Shown: positions 49,334 through 59,002 of the stretch, piece by piece
Numbering within the stretch: position 1 is the stretch's first letter
How the letters are laid out: each line of letters begins with the position of its first letter
Notes under the pieces: generated by a model
The model's database searches: none
Told to the model about the DNA's origin: nothing
What the model saw: the letters and a program-made list of their open reading frames with translations, nothing else
Made by a program: the position numbers and the translations under genes
From: a virus
IMG/VR virus record: IMGVR_UViG_3300044653_000068
Span: 51,257 to 115,256 of that record
Reading direction: 5' to 3' (one strand)
Length of the DNA: 64,000 nucleotides

Positions 49334-49667
49334 GGTGACGATGGCGGCGTGCGGCGAGTGCGGGGCGCGCAAGGGGCACCTGGACGGGTGCTCCCAGAAG
49401 GCGAGGCAGAAGCGGGGCGGAAGGCAGCCGGGCAGGGACCGCGAGAACGAGCGCGGCGGCCGGGAGCCACGGCGCGCGAAGTTGTGCATGCAGACGGACG
49501 GCGGCTCCAATGAGCCGGAGCACCGGGGCATGAGGCACGTGTGCGCCCAGGATAAGGGCCATGGGGGCAGTCATCGGTGCTCGGGGTGCTCGCACGCCTG
49601 GTAACCGCCTCCGGCTGCCAGGCGCGCGAGATCCCGGAAAGTCAGAGGGCCGCTGTAGAGTTGCCCC

Positions 49668-50537
49668 ATGCCGCCCCTGAACCGCCTGGAGCAATTCGCG
49701 AGCGCGCCCACGGTCTCCCCTCTGCTCGCCCAGAGCGGCAACAGCCCGTGGGCGCAGCGCTATTCGCAGGAGCTGAAGGACGTGGTGCTGCGGTACGCCG
49801 CGCGCCTGCCCCGCAACGTCCAGCGCCGTCTCGGCCCGAGCGAGCTGGGTCACGTGTGCGACCGCCAGGTGGTCGGGAAGATGGCCGGGGTCACGTTCGG
49901 GGGCTCGGCGGGCGCGGTCGGCGGCATGTACGCCTGGGCGTCGGTGGTGGGCACCGCCATTCACGCGTTCCTGGAGCAGGCGTTCACCTGGGACAGCGAG
50001 CAGGGGCTCAACCCGGCCCGGTGGCTCACGGAGCAGAGGGTGACGCCCGATCCCGGCGCGGCGGAGCCCCACCCGGGCACGGCCGACCTGTACGACGTCA
50101 CCTACCGGGCCGTGGTCGATCACAAGGGCCAGTCGGAGGCGGTGCGGGCCCGGCTGCGGAAGGACGGGCCGCCGCTCCACTACTTCCTCCAGCTGCTGTT
50201 CTACGCGATCGGCTACGCGCAGCTCGGGTTTGACGTGCGCCGTGTCGCGCTCGTGTCCTGGCCCCGCACCAAGTCCACCCTCGATGACATCTACGTGTGG
50301 GAGCGCCAGATCACGGCGGCCGACCTGGCGCTGGCCCTGGAGTACCTGGAGCGGACGAAGGTCCGCGAGCAGGCGGCGGGCTACGTGGCGCAGGGGGCGA
50401 TGTCGCTGTGGGACGTGCCCGCCGCGCCCAGCGCCGAGGACTGCGAGTTCTGCCCGCTGTACAACGCCGCCGCGCTGCGCGAGGGCACCAGCCAGGGCTG
50501 CCCCGGCACGTCCATGCTGAGGAAGAGGTACGCATGA
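49668..50537 (+). CDS. Cas4-like PD-(D/E)xK exonuclease
   Basis: LGPSELGHVCDR, GTAIH, GTADLYD..VVDHK, QLLFYA, CEFCP..C. Confidence 0.85.
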   Translation: MPPLNRLEQFASAPTVSPLLAQSGNSPWAQRYSQELKDVVLRYAARLPRNVQRRLGPSELGHVCDRQVVGKMAGVTFGGSAGAVGGMYAWASVVGTAIHAFLEQAFTWDSEQGLNPARWLTEQRVTPDPGAAEPHPGTADLYDVTYRAVVDHKGQSEAVRARLRKDGPPLHYFLQLLFYAIGYAQLGFDVRRVALVSWPRTKSTLDDIYVWERQITAADLALALEYLERTKVREQAAGYVAQGAMSLWDVPAAPSAEDCEFCPLYNAAALREGTSQGCPGTSMLRKRYA

Positions 50538-51108
50538 GCTGGCGGGACTTCTGGCTGGGCGTGGCGCTGCCCACGGTGCTCCTCATGGCCGGCCTGACCC
50601 TCCTCGTGTTCCTCGCCCACGGATGCTCGGCCGGGCCGGTGACGCGGTGAGCCTGGCCTTCTGCTGCGAGATCTGCTGCTGCGACACCCCTCGCTGGGCG
50701 ATCGAGCGGCATGGCGACGCGGTTGTCACCTGGTCGTGCTCGGCCCACCTGCCCGAGGTGTGCGAGCGGCTCCAGCGCCCCGGGGAGCAGACGAAGCTGA
50801 CGATGATGGCGAGGGCTCTGACGTGAGGAAGAGGTACGCATGACGAAGTTCGCCGTCGAGGTCACCGGGTACTGGGGCGGCCTTGAGCCTCCTACGGCCG
50901 AGGATATGCGCGCTGCGCTTGAGTACTGGGGCATGGACGTGACGTTGATCGAGGTAACGCCGCCGAAAGGTTGACAGCGGGCGGGAAGGGCGCGGTACTG
51001 TGGCGAGTGCCCCGCTGGGAAGCGGAGGCCGCGTAAGCCCCGGGTGGCACCGGGCCGCACTCAACTGTCAACTGGCCTTCCGCGACTGACTCTTCCCAAG
51101 GGACACTG

Positions 51109-52311
51109 ATGACTTACCCGCAGCCTCCTTACCCGCCGCAGCAGCAGCCCGCCGGGTACCCGCAGCCGGGGTACGCTCCCCAGCCCGGGTACCCGGTGCA
51201 GCCCCAGTACGCGCCCCAGGTGCAGTACGCCCCGCAGCCCCAGTACGCCCCGCAGCAGCCTCCCGCGCCCGCCGGCCCGCCGGCCGCCCGCGCCACGCTC
51301 GCCGAGTTCATGGACCAGCCGACCGGGGGCGGCGGCGCTGCGATCACCAAGTTCTTCGGCGGCCCCCCGCCGCGCCCGCAGGGCTCCTGGCTCCAGATGC
51401 AGGTGCAGCGCGACCTCATCCCCTCCGACGTGGAGCACCAGAAGGACGACGCCGGGGTTCTCCAGTACTTCAAGCGCAACAACCAGCCCGACTTCAGCCG
51501 GCCGAAGCTGGTGCTGGTCATCAAGACGAACCTGCTCGCCTCCAGCGACCCGGCCGGCGCGCAGCAGGTGTTCACGGACGGCATGGCGTCGATCTGGCTG
51601 AAGGGCGTCACCAAGGACGCGCTCGTCGCGGCCATCGGCCAGGCCGGGCTCCCGAACCCCGACAAGATCCTCGCGTCGGGGAAGATCGGCGGCGCGGTCA
51701 TCACCATGGTCTCGGCCGGCGAGAAGCCCTCCAGCCGCCCCATGTACTCCGCGACCAAGCTGTACAACTTCACGTACCAGCCCGGCGGCCGCGAGATGGA
51801 GGCGTTCGAGGACCCTACTCCGCAGGCCGTCTCCGCCACTGCGTCTGCGGCCCCGGCCTTGCCTCCGGCCATGTCTTCTGCACCCCTGGCCCCGCCTGCT
51901 ACCGAGTACGCGATGACGGCCCCTGCGCAGTACCAGCAGACGCCTGCCCCGGCTGCCCCGCCATCTATTTCGGCGCCCCCTGCCCCGGCTGCCCCCGCGC
52001 CTAGCGCGCCCCCGGTGCCTGCGGCGGCCTATCCGCTTCCTGCTCCTCCTGCCCCTCCTGCCCCTCCTGCCCCTCCTGCCCCTCCCGCCCCTCCCGCCCC
52101 GAACGGTTACGCGCCCCCGGCTCCGCCGCAGGTCAACCCCGGCTACGGCCAGGTTCAGGGACCGCCCGCCGACCCGGCTCGGTACCAGCAGCTCCCGCCG
52201 GTCCCGGGTCAGCCCCCGATGCCGCCTGCGCCCCCTGCTCCTCCCGGCCAGCCGCCGATGTCCGCCGAGATGCAGGCCACCCTCGCCCGGCTGCACGGCC
52301 AGACCCAGTAG
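51109..52311 (+). CDS. putative ssDNA-binding protein with Pro/Gln-rich termini
   Basis: Globular core flanked by PQY and PAP repeats; lies between the exonuclease and the helicase. Confidence 0.55.
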   Translation: MTYPQPPYPPQQQPAGYPQPGYAPQPGYPVQPQYAPQVQYAPQPQYAPQQPPAPAGPPAARATLAEFMDQPTGGGGAAITKFFGGPPPRPQGSWLQMQVQRDLIPSDVEHQKDDAGVLQYFKRNNQPDFSRPKLVLVIKTNLLASSDPAGAQQVFTDGMASIWLKGVTKDALVAAIGQAGLPNPDKILASGKIGGAVITMVSAGEKPSSRPMYSATKLYNFTYQPGGREMEAFEDPTPQAVSATASAAPALPPAMSSAPLAPPATEYAMTAPAQYQQTPAPAAPPSISAPPAPAAPAPSAPPVPAAAYPLPAPPAPPAPPAPPAPPAPPAPNGYAPPAPPQVNPGYGQVQGPPADPARYQQLPPVPGQPPMPPAPPAPPGQPPMSAEMQATLARLHGQTQ

Positions 52312-52387
52312 CCCTCAGGGGAAACGGGGTAAGAGCCCGCCGGGCGAGCTGAACGAGCCCCTGAGGGGGAGTCGGAAAAGCCCCGGC

Positions 52388-52639
52388 GGGCTCTTTGCTC
52401 AGTTCACAGGGCTGTGAGGAGAGGTAACAGTGGCCGCGTACCGGTATCACGTCGAGCTGGAGGACGGGAATACGCGCCGGACCTGCTGGGTTGACAAGCG
52501 CATGAGCCCCGGGCACGGCGACCTGAAGCCTAGGGCGGGGTTGATCACCCGCCGCCGTGCCCGGGGCTCTTTACTCAGTTCACAGGACTGTGAGGAGAGG
52601 AACAGCTCGCAACAAGGGTGTGAGGAGACGTAACAGTGG
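52388..52639 (+). repeat. tandemly repeated leader/RBS element
   Basis: GGGCTCTTT(G/A)CTCAGTTCACAGG(G/A)CTGTGAGGAGAGG at 52388 and 52564; partial third copy at 52619. Confidence 0.85.
52467..52492 (+). promoter_or_regulatory. SigR/SigH-type promoter
   Basis: GGAAT-N18-GTT-N9-ATG. Confidence 0.6.
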
Positions 52640-54510
52640 ACTACCGCGACGGCAGCCTGGACCGGCTCGCGGACGGCAGGTACGACAAGGCCGTGCTGTG
52701 CGGTCACATCGAGTGCCAGAACTACCACCCGAGCCAGAACTGCGATCACCCTCGGAAGATCCGCCTGTCCGTTGACGGGATGGACTGGCAGCACGGCGAG
52801 GTGGCCACCGAGCTGAAGAAGCTGACCCGGGTGCCGGAGCGCTGCAAGGACAACAGCGGCGAGGTCACGGTCCCGCTCACCTGGGCCATGGTCACCCAGC
52901 TCTCCGGGCTGATGCAAGAGGGCGGCTACGGCTGGCGGCCCGATCCCGGGCTGAACCAGTGGATCGAGGCTGAGTTCCTGCGGCGGCATTCGGAGTACGG
53001 TAGCAGATCTGATCTGGCTTTCGATGTTTCCCGTCTGGGCTGGACCCCCATGCCCCACCAGCTCGCGGGGATGTACGTCGGGGCGCTCAACGAGCGGTTC
53101 TTCTTCGCCGATGAGGCAGGCACCGGCAAGACCCGCACTGCGCTGCTCGCCATGGCCGAACAGGAAGCACAGGGGAAGCAGCCGTTCCCCGCTTTCGTGG
53201 TATGCCCCGCCTCGGTCGTGGACCAGTGGCTGGAGGAGCTGGAGGAGACGTTCCCGGCATGGCCGGCCGTGGCCTACCGGGGGCCCAAGCGCAAGCTTTT
53301 GAGCAGTCGGTACAAGATCTACGTCATGTCCTGGGATACCTTCCGGGCGGACATGAAGCACGAGCACGCATTGCCGGCGCTGCTGGGCTTCCTGCACCCG
53401 GTGACGCCGAAGACCCTAATCCTAGACGAAGCGCACTGCCTCTGCTCTAAGTCAAAGCAGTCCGTGGCGGCCAGGCAGCTAGCTCGCCTTACCGATTACG
53501 CTTTCCTGCTCAGCGGCACGCCTATCACGAAGGATGTCGGCGGTTTCTGGAGCGCGCTTCAAGTGCTGGATATCCGCAGCTTTCCCGATGAAGACCGATT
53601 CAAAGACGCGTACACGGATCGGTATCACGATGACTACGCGGACACGATCACCGGTCTCCGCAAGGGCAAGGCCGACGAATTCCACTTGGTGGTTAAAGGT
53701 TCTATGCGGCGCGCGGCTAAGCAGGACGTGCTGCCTGACTTGCCTGATAAGACTTACACCACGCGTGTTGTGCAGATACCGCCCGCCTACCGCGCCGCTT
53801 ATGACGAGATGGAGCGGGATATGATCGCCCATCTGCCGGACGTGATCGAGCCCATGGAGGTGATGGGGGTCCTGACTCAGCTTCAGCGGCTCACCCAGCT
53901 CGCCAGCACGGCGTGCGACGTGGAGAAGCGGATGGAGATCGACGAAAACGAGAGGTCGCCTACCTTCGGCGAGCTAGTGCCCAAGTACACGGTAACGATG
54001 CGAGAGCCGTCCTGGAAGATCGACGAGCTTATGCAGATTCTCGATGAGATGCAGGGGTCGCCTTTGCTCGCTTTCAGCCCGCACACGCAGCTTGTGAAAT
54101 TGGCCGGCGCAAGAGCCGAGCGCGAAGGGTACCATGTCGGCTACATTACCGGCAAAGAGACCTCAGTTAAAAAGACTATGCACCGAAAAGCATTCCAGGC
54201 AGGCGAGCTTGACCTGCTCTGCTGCAACGCGGCGGCGGGCGGGGTAGGGCTCAATCTCACCGCTGCAAGCACGGTGGTCTTCCTGGAGCGCACGTTCGCT
54301 TACTGGCAGGCGAGCCAGAACGAGGATCGCGTGCATCGCAGGGGGCAGACGGCCGAGAAGGTGACGGTGGTGGACATCGTGGCTGCTAATACGGTGGAAT
54401 CCCGCGTAAGACAGGCCATGAAGGACAAAAGTCGCCAGCTTAGCGAACTAGTTAGGGACCGGCGTATCGTAGAGTCATTTCTAGGAGGACAGCCGGTTAC
54501 CGTGAAGTAG
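52636..54510 (+). CDS. SNF2-family helicase
   Basis: ADEAGTGKT, VVCPAS, ILDEAH, LSGTP, GGVGLNLTAA, QNEDRVHRRGQ. Confidence 0.93.
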   Translation: MDYRDGSLDRLADGRYDKAVLCGHIECQNYHPSQNCDHPRKIRLSVDGMDWQHGEVATELKKLTRVPERCKDNSGEVTVPLTWAMVTQLSGLMQEGGYGWRPDPGLNQWIEAEFLRRHSEYGSRSDLAFDVSRLGWTPMPHQLAGMYVGALNERFFFADEAGTGKTRTALLAMAEQEAQGKQPFPAFVVCPASVVDQWLEELEETFPAWPAVAYRGPKRKLLSSRYKIYVMSWDTFRADMKHEHALPALLGFLHPVTPKTLILDEAHCLCSKSKQSVAARQLARLTDYAFLLSGTPITKDVGGFWSALQVLDIRSFPDEDRFKDAYTDRYHDDYADTITGLRKGKADEFHLVVKGSMRRAAKQDVLPDLPDKTYTTRVVQIPPAYRAAYDEMERDMIAHLPDVIEPMEVMGVLTQLQRLTQLASTACDVEKRMEIDENERSPTFGELVPKYTVTMREPSWKIDELMQILDEMQGSPLLAFSPHTQLVKLAGARAEREGYHVGYITGKETSVKKTMHRKAFQAGELDLLCCNAAAGGVGLNLTAASTVVFLERTFAYWQASQNEDRVHRRGQTAEKVTVVDIVAANTVESRVRQAMKDKSRQLSELVRDRRIVESFLGGQPVTVK

Positions 54511-54572
54511 AAGACGCTAAAGCTCAGGGTGTAGCGCTGGAGTGAAGCGGTGTAACACCCTACCCTGGGCGT

Positions 54573-55385
54573 ATGGACACCGACCCGGCCGCGTCGCCCG
54601 GACCGCAGTGGAGGCAGGACTACGCCGACCCGACGAAGCTGACCACCGACGCGGTGAACGCCGCCGTGGAGATCAGCCGCCGGGAGCTGGCCGCCGTGCG
54701 GGAGCTGCTGGAGACGCGCCTGTCCGCCATGGACAGGGCAACGGAGCTGCTCGCCGCCACAGTCGGGAGGGTCCCCTCGGAGACGGACAAGGCGGTGGCG
54801 GCGCTCAAGGACCTGCTGGGCGCTCGCATCGACGGCATGGACACCGCCACCAGGCTGCTGGCCGACCAGGTGAATCAGGTGCCCACCGAGACCGACAAGC
54901 GCATCTCCGCCCTGCGCGCCATCCTGATGGGGGAGATCAAGAACGTCAGCGACGTGTCCCTGGAGAAGTTCGCGGCCGTGGACGGCACGTTCGCGTCCAA
55001 CGCCCTCGCCCTGACCGCCGCCCTGGCAGCCCAGGAGAAGGCCGTGGCCGAGCAGAACAAGTCCAACTCCCTGGCCATCGACAAGTCGGAGAAGGCCACC
55101 AAGGAGACTATCGCGGCGAACGCCGCGCAGGCGTCAGCCGGGCTCCAGTCCCAGGCGGCCACCATCGCCGACGTGAAGGAGCGCGTGGTCCGGATCGAGA
55201 CCGGCGGGGTCGCGGCAATAGCCGAGCGGGTCGAGCAGCGCGCGGACCGGGGCACGCGGGCCCTGGACGAGAACCAGGAGTTCTACCGCGTGTCCAAGTC
55301 CTCGGCGACGATCGGCATGCTCATCGCCGGGCTCGCCGGGGTGGCGGCCATCGTGGCCATCATCATCTCGCTGGTGCACAAGTAG
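54573..55385 (+). CDS. coiled-coil protein with C-terminal TM
   Basis: Helical repeats, C-terminal hydrophobic helix; TACCCT-N6-ATG. Confidence 0.7.
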   Translation: MDTDPAASPGPQWRQDYADPTKLTTDAVNAAVEISRRELAAVRELLETRLSAMDRATELLAATVGRVPSETDKAVAALKDLLGARIDGMDTATRLLADQVNQVPTETDKRISALRAILMGEIKNVSDVSLEKFAAVDGTFASNALALTAALAAQEKAVAEQNKSNSLAIDKSEKATKETIAANAAQASAGLQSQAATIADVKERVVRIETGGVAAIAERVEQRADRGTRALDENQEFYRVSKSSATIGMLIAGLAGVAAIVAIIISLVHK

Positions 55386-55511
55386 GCTACCCCCACTTGC
55401 CCCGGACGATCATGCCCGCGATGATGCCGATGAGCAGCCATACGTACCAGGGCAGTGCCTGGAACCCGCCCGTGTGGACGGTGACGGGAGACGCCGCCAG
55501 GAAATACGTGA

Positions 55512-55763
55512 TCACAGATTCTGCTTCCCTTCGCCTGCCAGGCCCGTCCGGACCCTCGGTTGCCAGCCGTGCGCCCGCTTCCAGCGGCGGATCTGCGCGA
55601 TGGCGTTCTGTTTCCACCGGTTACCGCCGTTGGGGGAATTCCCGAAGGTGGTGATTCTCGGCTCGCCCCGGCCCGGCCGGACCTCCCAGTGCCCGCTCCC
55701 GGTGGGCAGCACGAGGAAGCCCTCCCGCTCAAGCTGGCGTCTAAGCTGCCTTGCCTCGCTCAT
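55512..55763 (-). CDS. HicA-like protein
   Basis: LRRQLEREGFLVLPTGSGHWEV...SPNG pattern. Confidence 0.55.
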   Translation of the reverse strand: MSEARQLRRQLEREGFLVLPTGSGHWEVRPGRGEPRITTFGNSPNGGNRWKQNAIAQIRRWKRAHGWQPRVRTGLAGEGKQNL

Positions 55764-56307
55764 GCTCACGACTTCGGCCGCTTCACGAGCGTGAACCGGG
55801 GGCGCCGGTCCTTCCAGTTGTGCACGTCCGCGAACATGCGCCAGGCGCACAGCGTCAGGACCGTGCTGTCGAGGGCAGCCCAGCCGAGGTCGCCCTTGCC
55901 CAGGTCGCCCAGCAGCGCCCAGAGGCAGAACCCCACGAGTGCGGAGTCCGCCGTCAGGCGCGCTGCCAGGCCGAACGTGGTCAGTTGCTGGAGCTGTGTC
56001 ATTTGACTATCACCACCGTCGCCGGGCCCGCGTGGAGCGCGCACCAGCACAGGGCGAGCAGGACGATCAGGTACCCGCCCAGAACGAGCAGGTACGCCCG
56101 GTCTAGCGGGCTCCAGCGTTGTCTCGCGTGTCTTAGGTCTCTCATGTCTCCTCGTCTCTTAGCGATTCGTGGAAAAGCATCCGGGTAAGCTCGAACGCCT
56201 GCTCGGGGGTGAACTCGTACTTGGCTCGCGAGCTGGGAACGCGCACGCGCAGGAAGGACGCGTACAGGGCCGCCGCGATCTCTGCCGCGTTCTCGCCCCG
56301 GCGCTCC

Positions 56308-56574
56308 TCACTCTGCGGGCTTGTCATCGCCGTCCCCGGGCTTGTCCGGGCTGTCAGCCGGGGGCTTCGGCGACCACGGCCCGTCCGGGCCCCACTCGGG
56401 GGGAACCCCGTCCGGGATGGTGATCGTGGCGGGCTCGACGTACCGGCCGTTGTAGTACACGGCGAGGACGTAGGGCCCCTCCGCGCCCGGCAGCAGCACC
56501 GCCTGCGGCGTTATCGTCAGAAACGACACGACCCGCGCCTTCAGGCTGCGGCTGACGATCTCGCTTATCTTCAC
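56308..56574 (-). CDS. hypothetical protein (leaderless)
   Basis: GAAAT-N18-GTT-N9-GTG promoter at 56584-56609. Confidence 0.55.
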   Translation of the reverse strand: MKISEIVSRSLKARVVSFLTITPQAVLLPGAEGPYVLAVYYNGRYVEPATITIPDGVPPEWGPDGPWSPKPPADSPDKPGDGDDKPAE

Positions 56575-56840
56575 AGTCTTCCTAACCAGCGATCGGCGTC
56601 TGTTATTTCCGGGGGGGTGTTCTCGCGGTCGGCGGGACCGGGCCCGGCTGTCGCAGCCCACGCCCCGCCCCGCGACCAGGCGTGCCAGTCGTCCTCCTCG
56701 GCGTAGTGATACCAGTAAACGCCGTTATCACCGCCCGTCACGAACGCCTTCCGCTCCTCGGCCGTGGGGAAATCATACGGCCCGGACATGGGCGCGTCGC
56801 GGGACTCGCGCCATTTGACGAGCACCTGGTAGCCCATCAC
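56571..56840 (-). CDS. hypothetical protein
   Basis: YDFPTAEERKAFVTG. Confidence 0.5.
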   Translation of the reverse strand: MMGYQVLVKWRESRDAPMSGPYDFPTAEERKAFVTGGDNGVYWYHYAEEDDWHAWSRGGAWAATAGPGPADRENTPPEITDADRWLGRL

Positions 56841-56984
56841 CGGCCCCCAGTCACACCATCCACCACCAGTGGGTCTGCGCTGAGGGCAACTCGTACGGCC
56901 AGCCGCTCCCGGAGGCGCTGGTGCTGGCCCCGTTGCCGTTGTAGGCGCTGCAGCCCGCGCCCACTGCCGCGCTTCTGCTGGTCA

Positions 56985-57191
56985 TCATGAGAAGTCCCCG
57001 AACCGGTCGAACTCGCCGTTGCGGACTCCTCCGAGGAAGGCGTGCCACTCGTCCGGCGTGAACCGCAGGACCGGCCCGGCCGCGTCCCGGCTGTTGCGGA
57101 CGCCGATCTCGCCCCCGGACAGGTCCGCCACCTCGACGCAGTTGCCGTTGGCGAAGCTAAGCGAACTCTTGACCCACTCTGACTGTTGCAT
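56985..57191 (-). CDS. DUF397 protein (paralog of 32025)
   Basis: WVKSSLSFANGNCVEVA...VRNSRDAAGPVLRFTPDEW. Confidence 0.92.
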   Translation of the reverse strand: MQQSEWVKSSLSFANGNCVEVADLSGGEIGVRNSRDAAGPVLRFTPDEWHAFLGGVRNGEFDRFGDFS

Positions 57192-57271
57192 GATGTCCCC
57201 TCCGTTGTTCCTGTTTACCATCTTTGATTACCGATTGTCCCCAGATAGATCCGGGCCGTTCTGCCTGGTCA

Positions 57272-58216
57272 TTACAGCATCCCCTCTCGCTCCATGTAGC
57301 CCCGGATGTCGGTGAAGTTGTCGGACAGGGCGGTGAGGACTTCGCGTTCCTCTTCCTCGCGCGTCTCCCGCTCGTTCCACAGGCTCATGTCGATGCGACT
57401 GGTGATCTGCTCGGTGATCAGCGCGTCCAGAACGGCGGGCTCCAGCGCGTCCAGCTCCCAGGAGTCGTCGCCGTACTCCTCGATGTAGTCGGCCGCGCGG
57501 CTGTCGGTGATCTTGGCCGGGGACGGCGGCGGGTCGTACTGCTCCACCTGGTCCATGTTCAGCGCGATGCGCTTGACGTTCACGTTGCAGCCGAACATCG
57601 CCATGCGGTCCTGGATGTCCCGGGACATGTCGATGCCGCTGGGGTCGTGGTCGCCCAGGTGGATGATCGTGCACTCCCGGCCGGCCCGGTCGAAGCGCTT
57701 GATGCGGTTGGCGGCCTCGTGCATCGATGACTGGCTGACGTAGCCCTTGCAGGCGAAGTACGGAACGCGCCACAGGCTGGCCGGCCGCTCGACCACGGAC
57801 TCCAGCGCCTGCTTCTCCACCCAGATCTCCAGGTAGTCACGCTGACCGTTCCAGTGGGTGATGCCGTAACTGGGGGCGTACCGGGCGATCATGTCCTCGG
57901 GGCTGCGGAAGCCGAAGTCGCCGCCGTGCTCCTGCCTGCCGCTGTCCTCCAGGTGGTCCCAGTCGATCAGGCCGGCCAGCCGGGCGTCGCTGATGAGCTT
58001 GCCGAGCCACTTGTAGTTCTTCTCGGTGTTCTTGGTGCCGAGCTGGGCGTCACGGCGGCTCTCGGGGAACAGGTCCCGGGCGATGAACTGGTAGTACAGG
58101 GTGCGCAGGGTGATCTTGTAACCCTGGCGGTCATAGTCGGCCAGAATGCCGTCTGCCTGGAGGATCACCGACATCGCCGTGTCGTTGAACTCTTTCCAGT
58201 CGTACGTCGTCTTCAT
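57272..58216 (-). CDS. TopoVI-A/Spo11-like toprim protein
   Basis: TLRTLYYQ, IWVEKQAL, KGYVS, HLGDHDPSGIDM, WELDAL. Confidence 0.8.
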   Translation of the reverse strand: MKTTYDWKEFNDTAMSVILQADGILADYDRQGYKITLRTLYYQFIARDLFPESRRDAQLGTKNTEKNYKWLGKLISDARLAGLIDWDHLEDSGRQEHGGDFGFRSPEDMIARYAPSYGITHWNGQRDYLEIWVEKQALESVVERPASLWRVPYFACKGYVSQSSMHEAANRIKRFDRAGRECTIIHLGDHDPSGIDMSRDIQDRMAMFGCNVNVKRIALNMDQVEQYDPPPSPAKITDSRAADYIEEYGDDSWELDALEPAVLDALITEQITSRIDMSLWNERETREEEEREVLTALSDNFTDIRGYMEREGML

Positions 58217-58274
58217 GCTCTCTCCTCTGTCGGCCTCTCGGCTCGATCGGTGTGGTGTGATCTGTGCAACCACT

Positions 58275-58514
58275 TCACTTCGCGAGAAATTCCCCGACGT
58301 CCAGCATTTCCGCCACGGGGCGCTGCCCGGCCTTGGGGTTGACCTTGTACCGGGCCAGGCGGATGCGCCCCTCCGGCGGCAGGGCGAGCGCCCCGTCCAC
58401 GGTGTAGGTGTCGCGGATGTACTTCCTCGCGATGTTCGGCCAGGTGAAGACCGCCGGGGGGCCGTCCTGCCCCTGGATGGACACGCTGTAGACGTACGGA
58501 GACGGCGCTCGCAT
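58275..58514 (-). CDS. hypothetical protein
   Basis: AGGAGG Shine-Dalgarno. Confidence 0.55.
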   Translation of the reverse strand: MRAPSPYVYSVSIQGQDGPPAVFTWPNIARKYIRDTYTVDGALALPPEGRIRLARYKVNPKAGQRPVAEMLDVGEFLAK

Positions 58515-58531
58515 GGTTCCTCCTAGAACGG

Positions 58532-59002
58532 TTATCGCAGGGGATCAGGCATCTTGCCGTCCCTAGTAGCGCAAAAAATCGCGTGCCTTGACGCGTCGTT
58601 GCCGTGACGGTTCTCCGGGGGCCGCAGCACCCCGGCCGCTTTCAGGCGCTTGTCGCTCGCCCAGGTCTTGACGTCCGCCGCCTTGCGCAGCTGCACCGCG
58701 TACCCCCACAGCTCCAGCTGCTCGACCAGCTTGAACGCCTCCTGGCGGGTGTAGTCCGCCTTCGGCCCCCGGGTGCCCGCGCTCTGCCCGGTGACGAACG
58801 GCTCGACCTGCGCGTAGCGCTTGGCGATGTAGTCCCCGATCCGCCGCTGTCGCTGGATGAGAATCGCCTCCAGCACGTCCTGGGCCGAGTCGCCGTCCAC
58901 CTGGAGCACCGTCCAGACGCTGAGCCTGCCGTCCGCCCAGTCGTGGAGGGCGATGCCGGTGGTGGGCCCTGGATCGCAGCCTATGACCGAGACTATGCTC
59001 AT
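58532..59002 (-). CDS. RuvC-like Holliday junction resolvase
   Basis: VIGCDPGPTTGIA, VEPF, HGNDASRHA. Confidence 0.8.
   Translation of the reverse strand: MSIVSVIGCDPGPTTGIALHDWADGRLSVWTVLQVDGDSAQDVLEAILIQRQRRIGDYIAKRYAQVEPFVTGQSAGTRGPKADYTRQEAFKLVEQLELWGYAVQLRKAADVKTWASDKRLKAAGVLRPPENRHGNDASRHAIFCATRDGKMPDPLR

Noticed and set aside
52040-52100. 9-bp CCTGCCCCT tandem repeat
   Set aside because: It simply encodes the PAP low-complexity tail of the SSB-like protein
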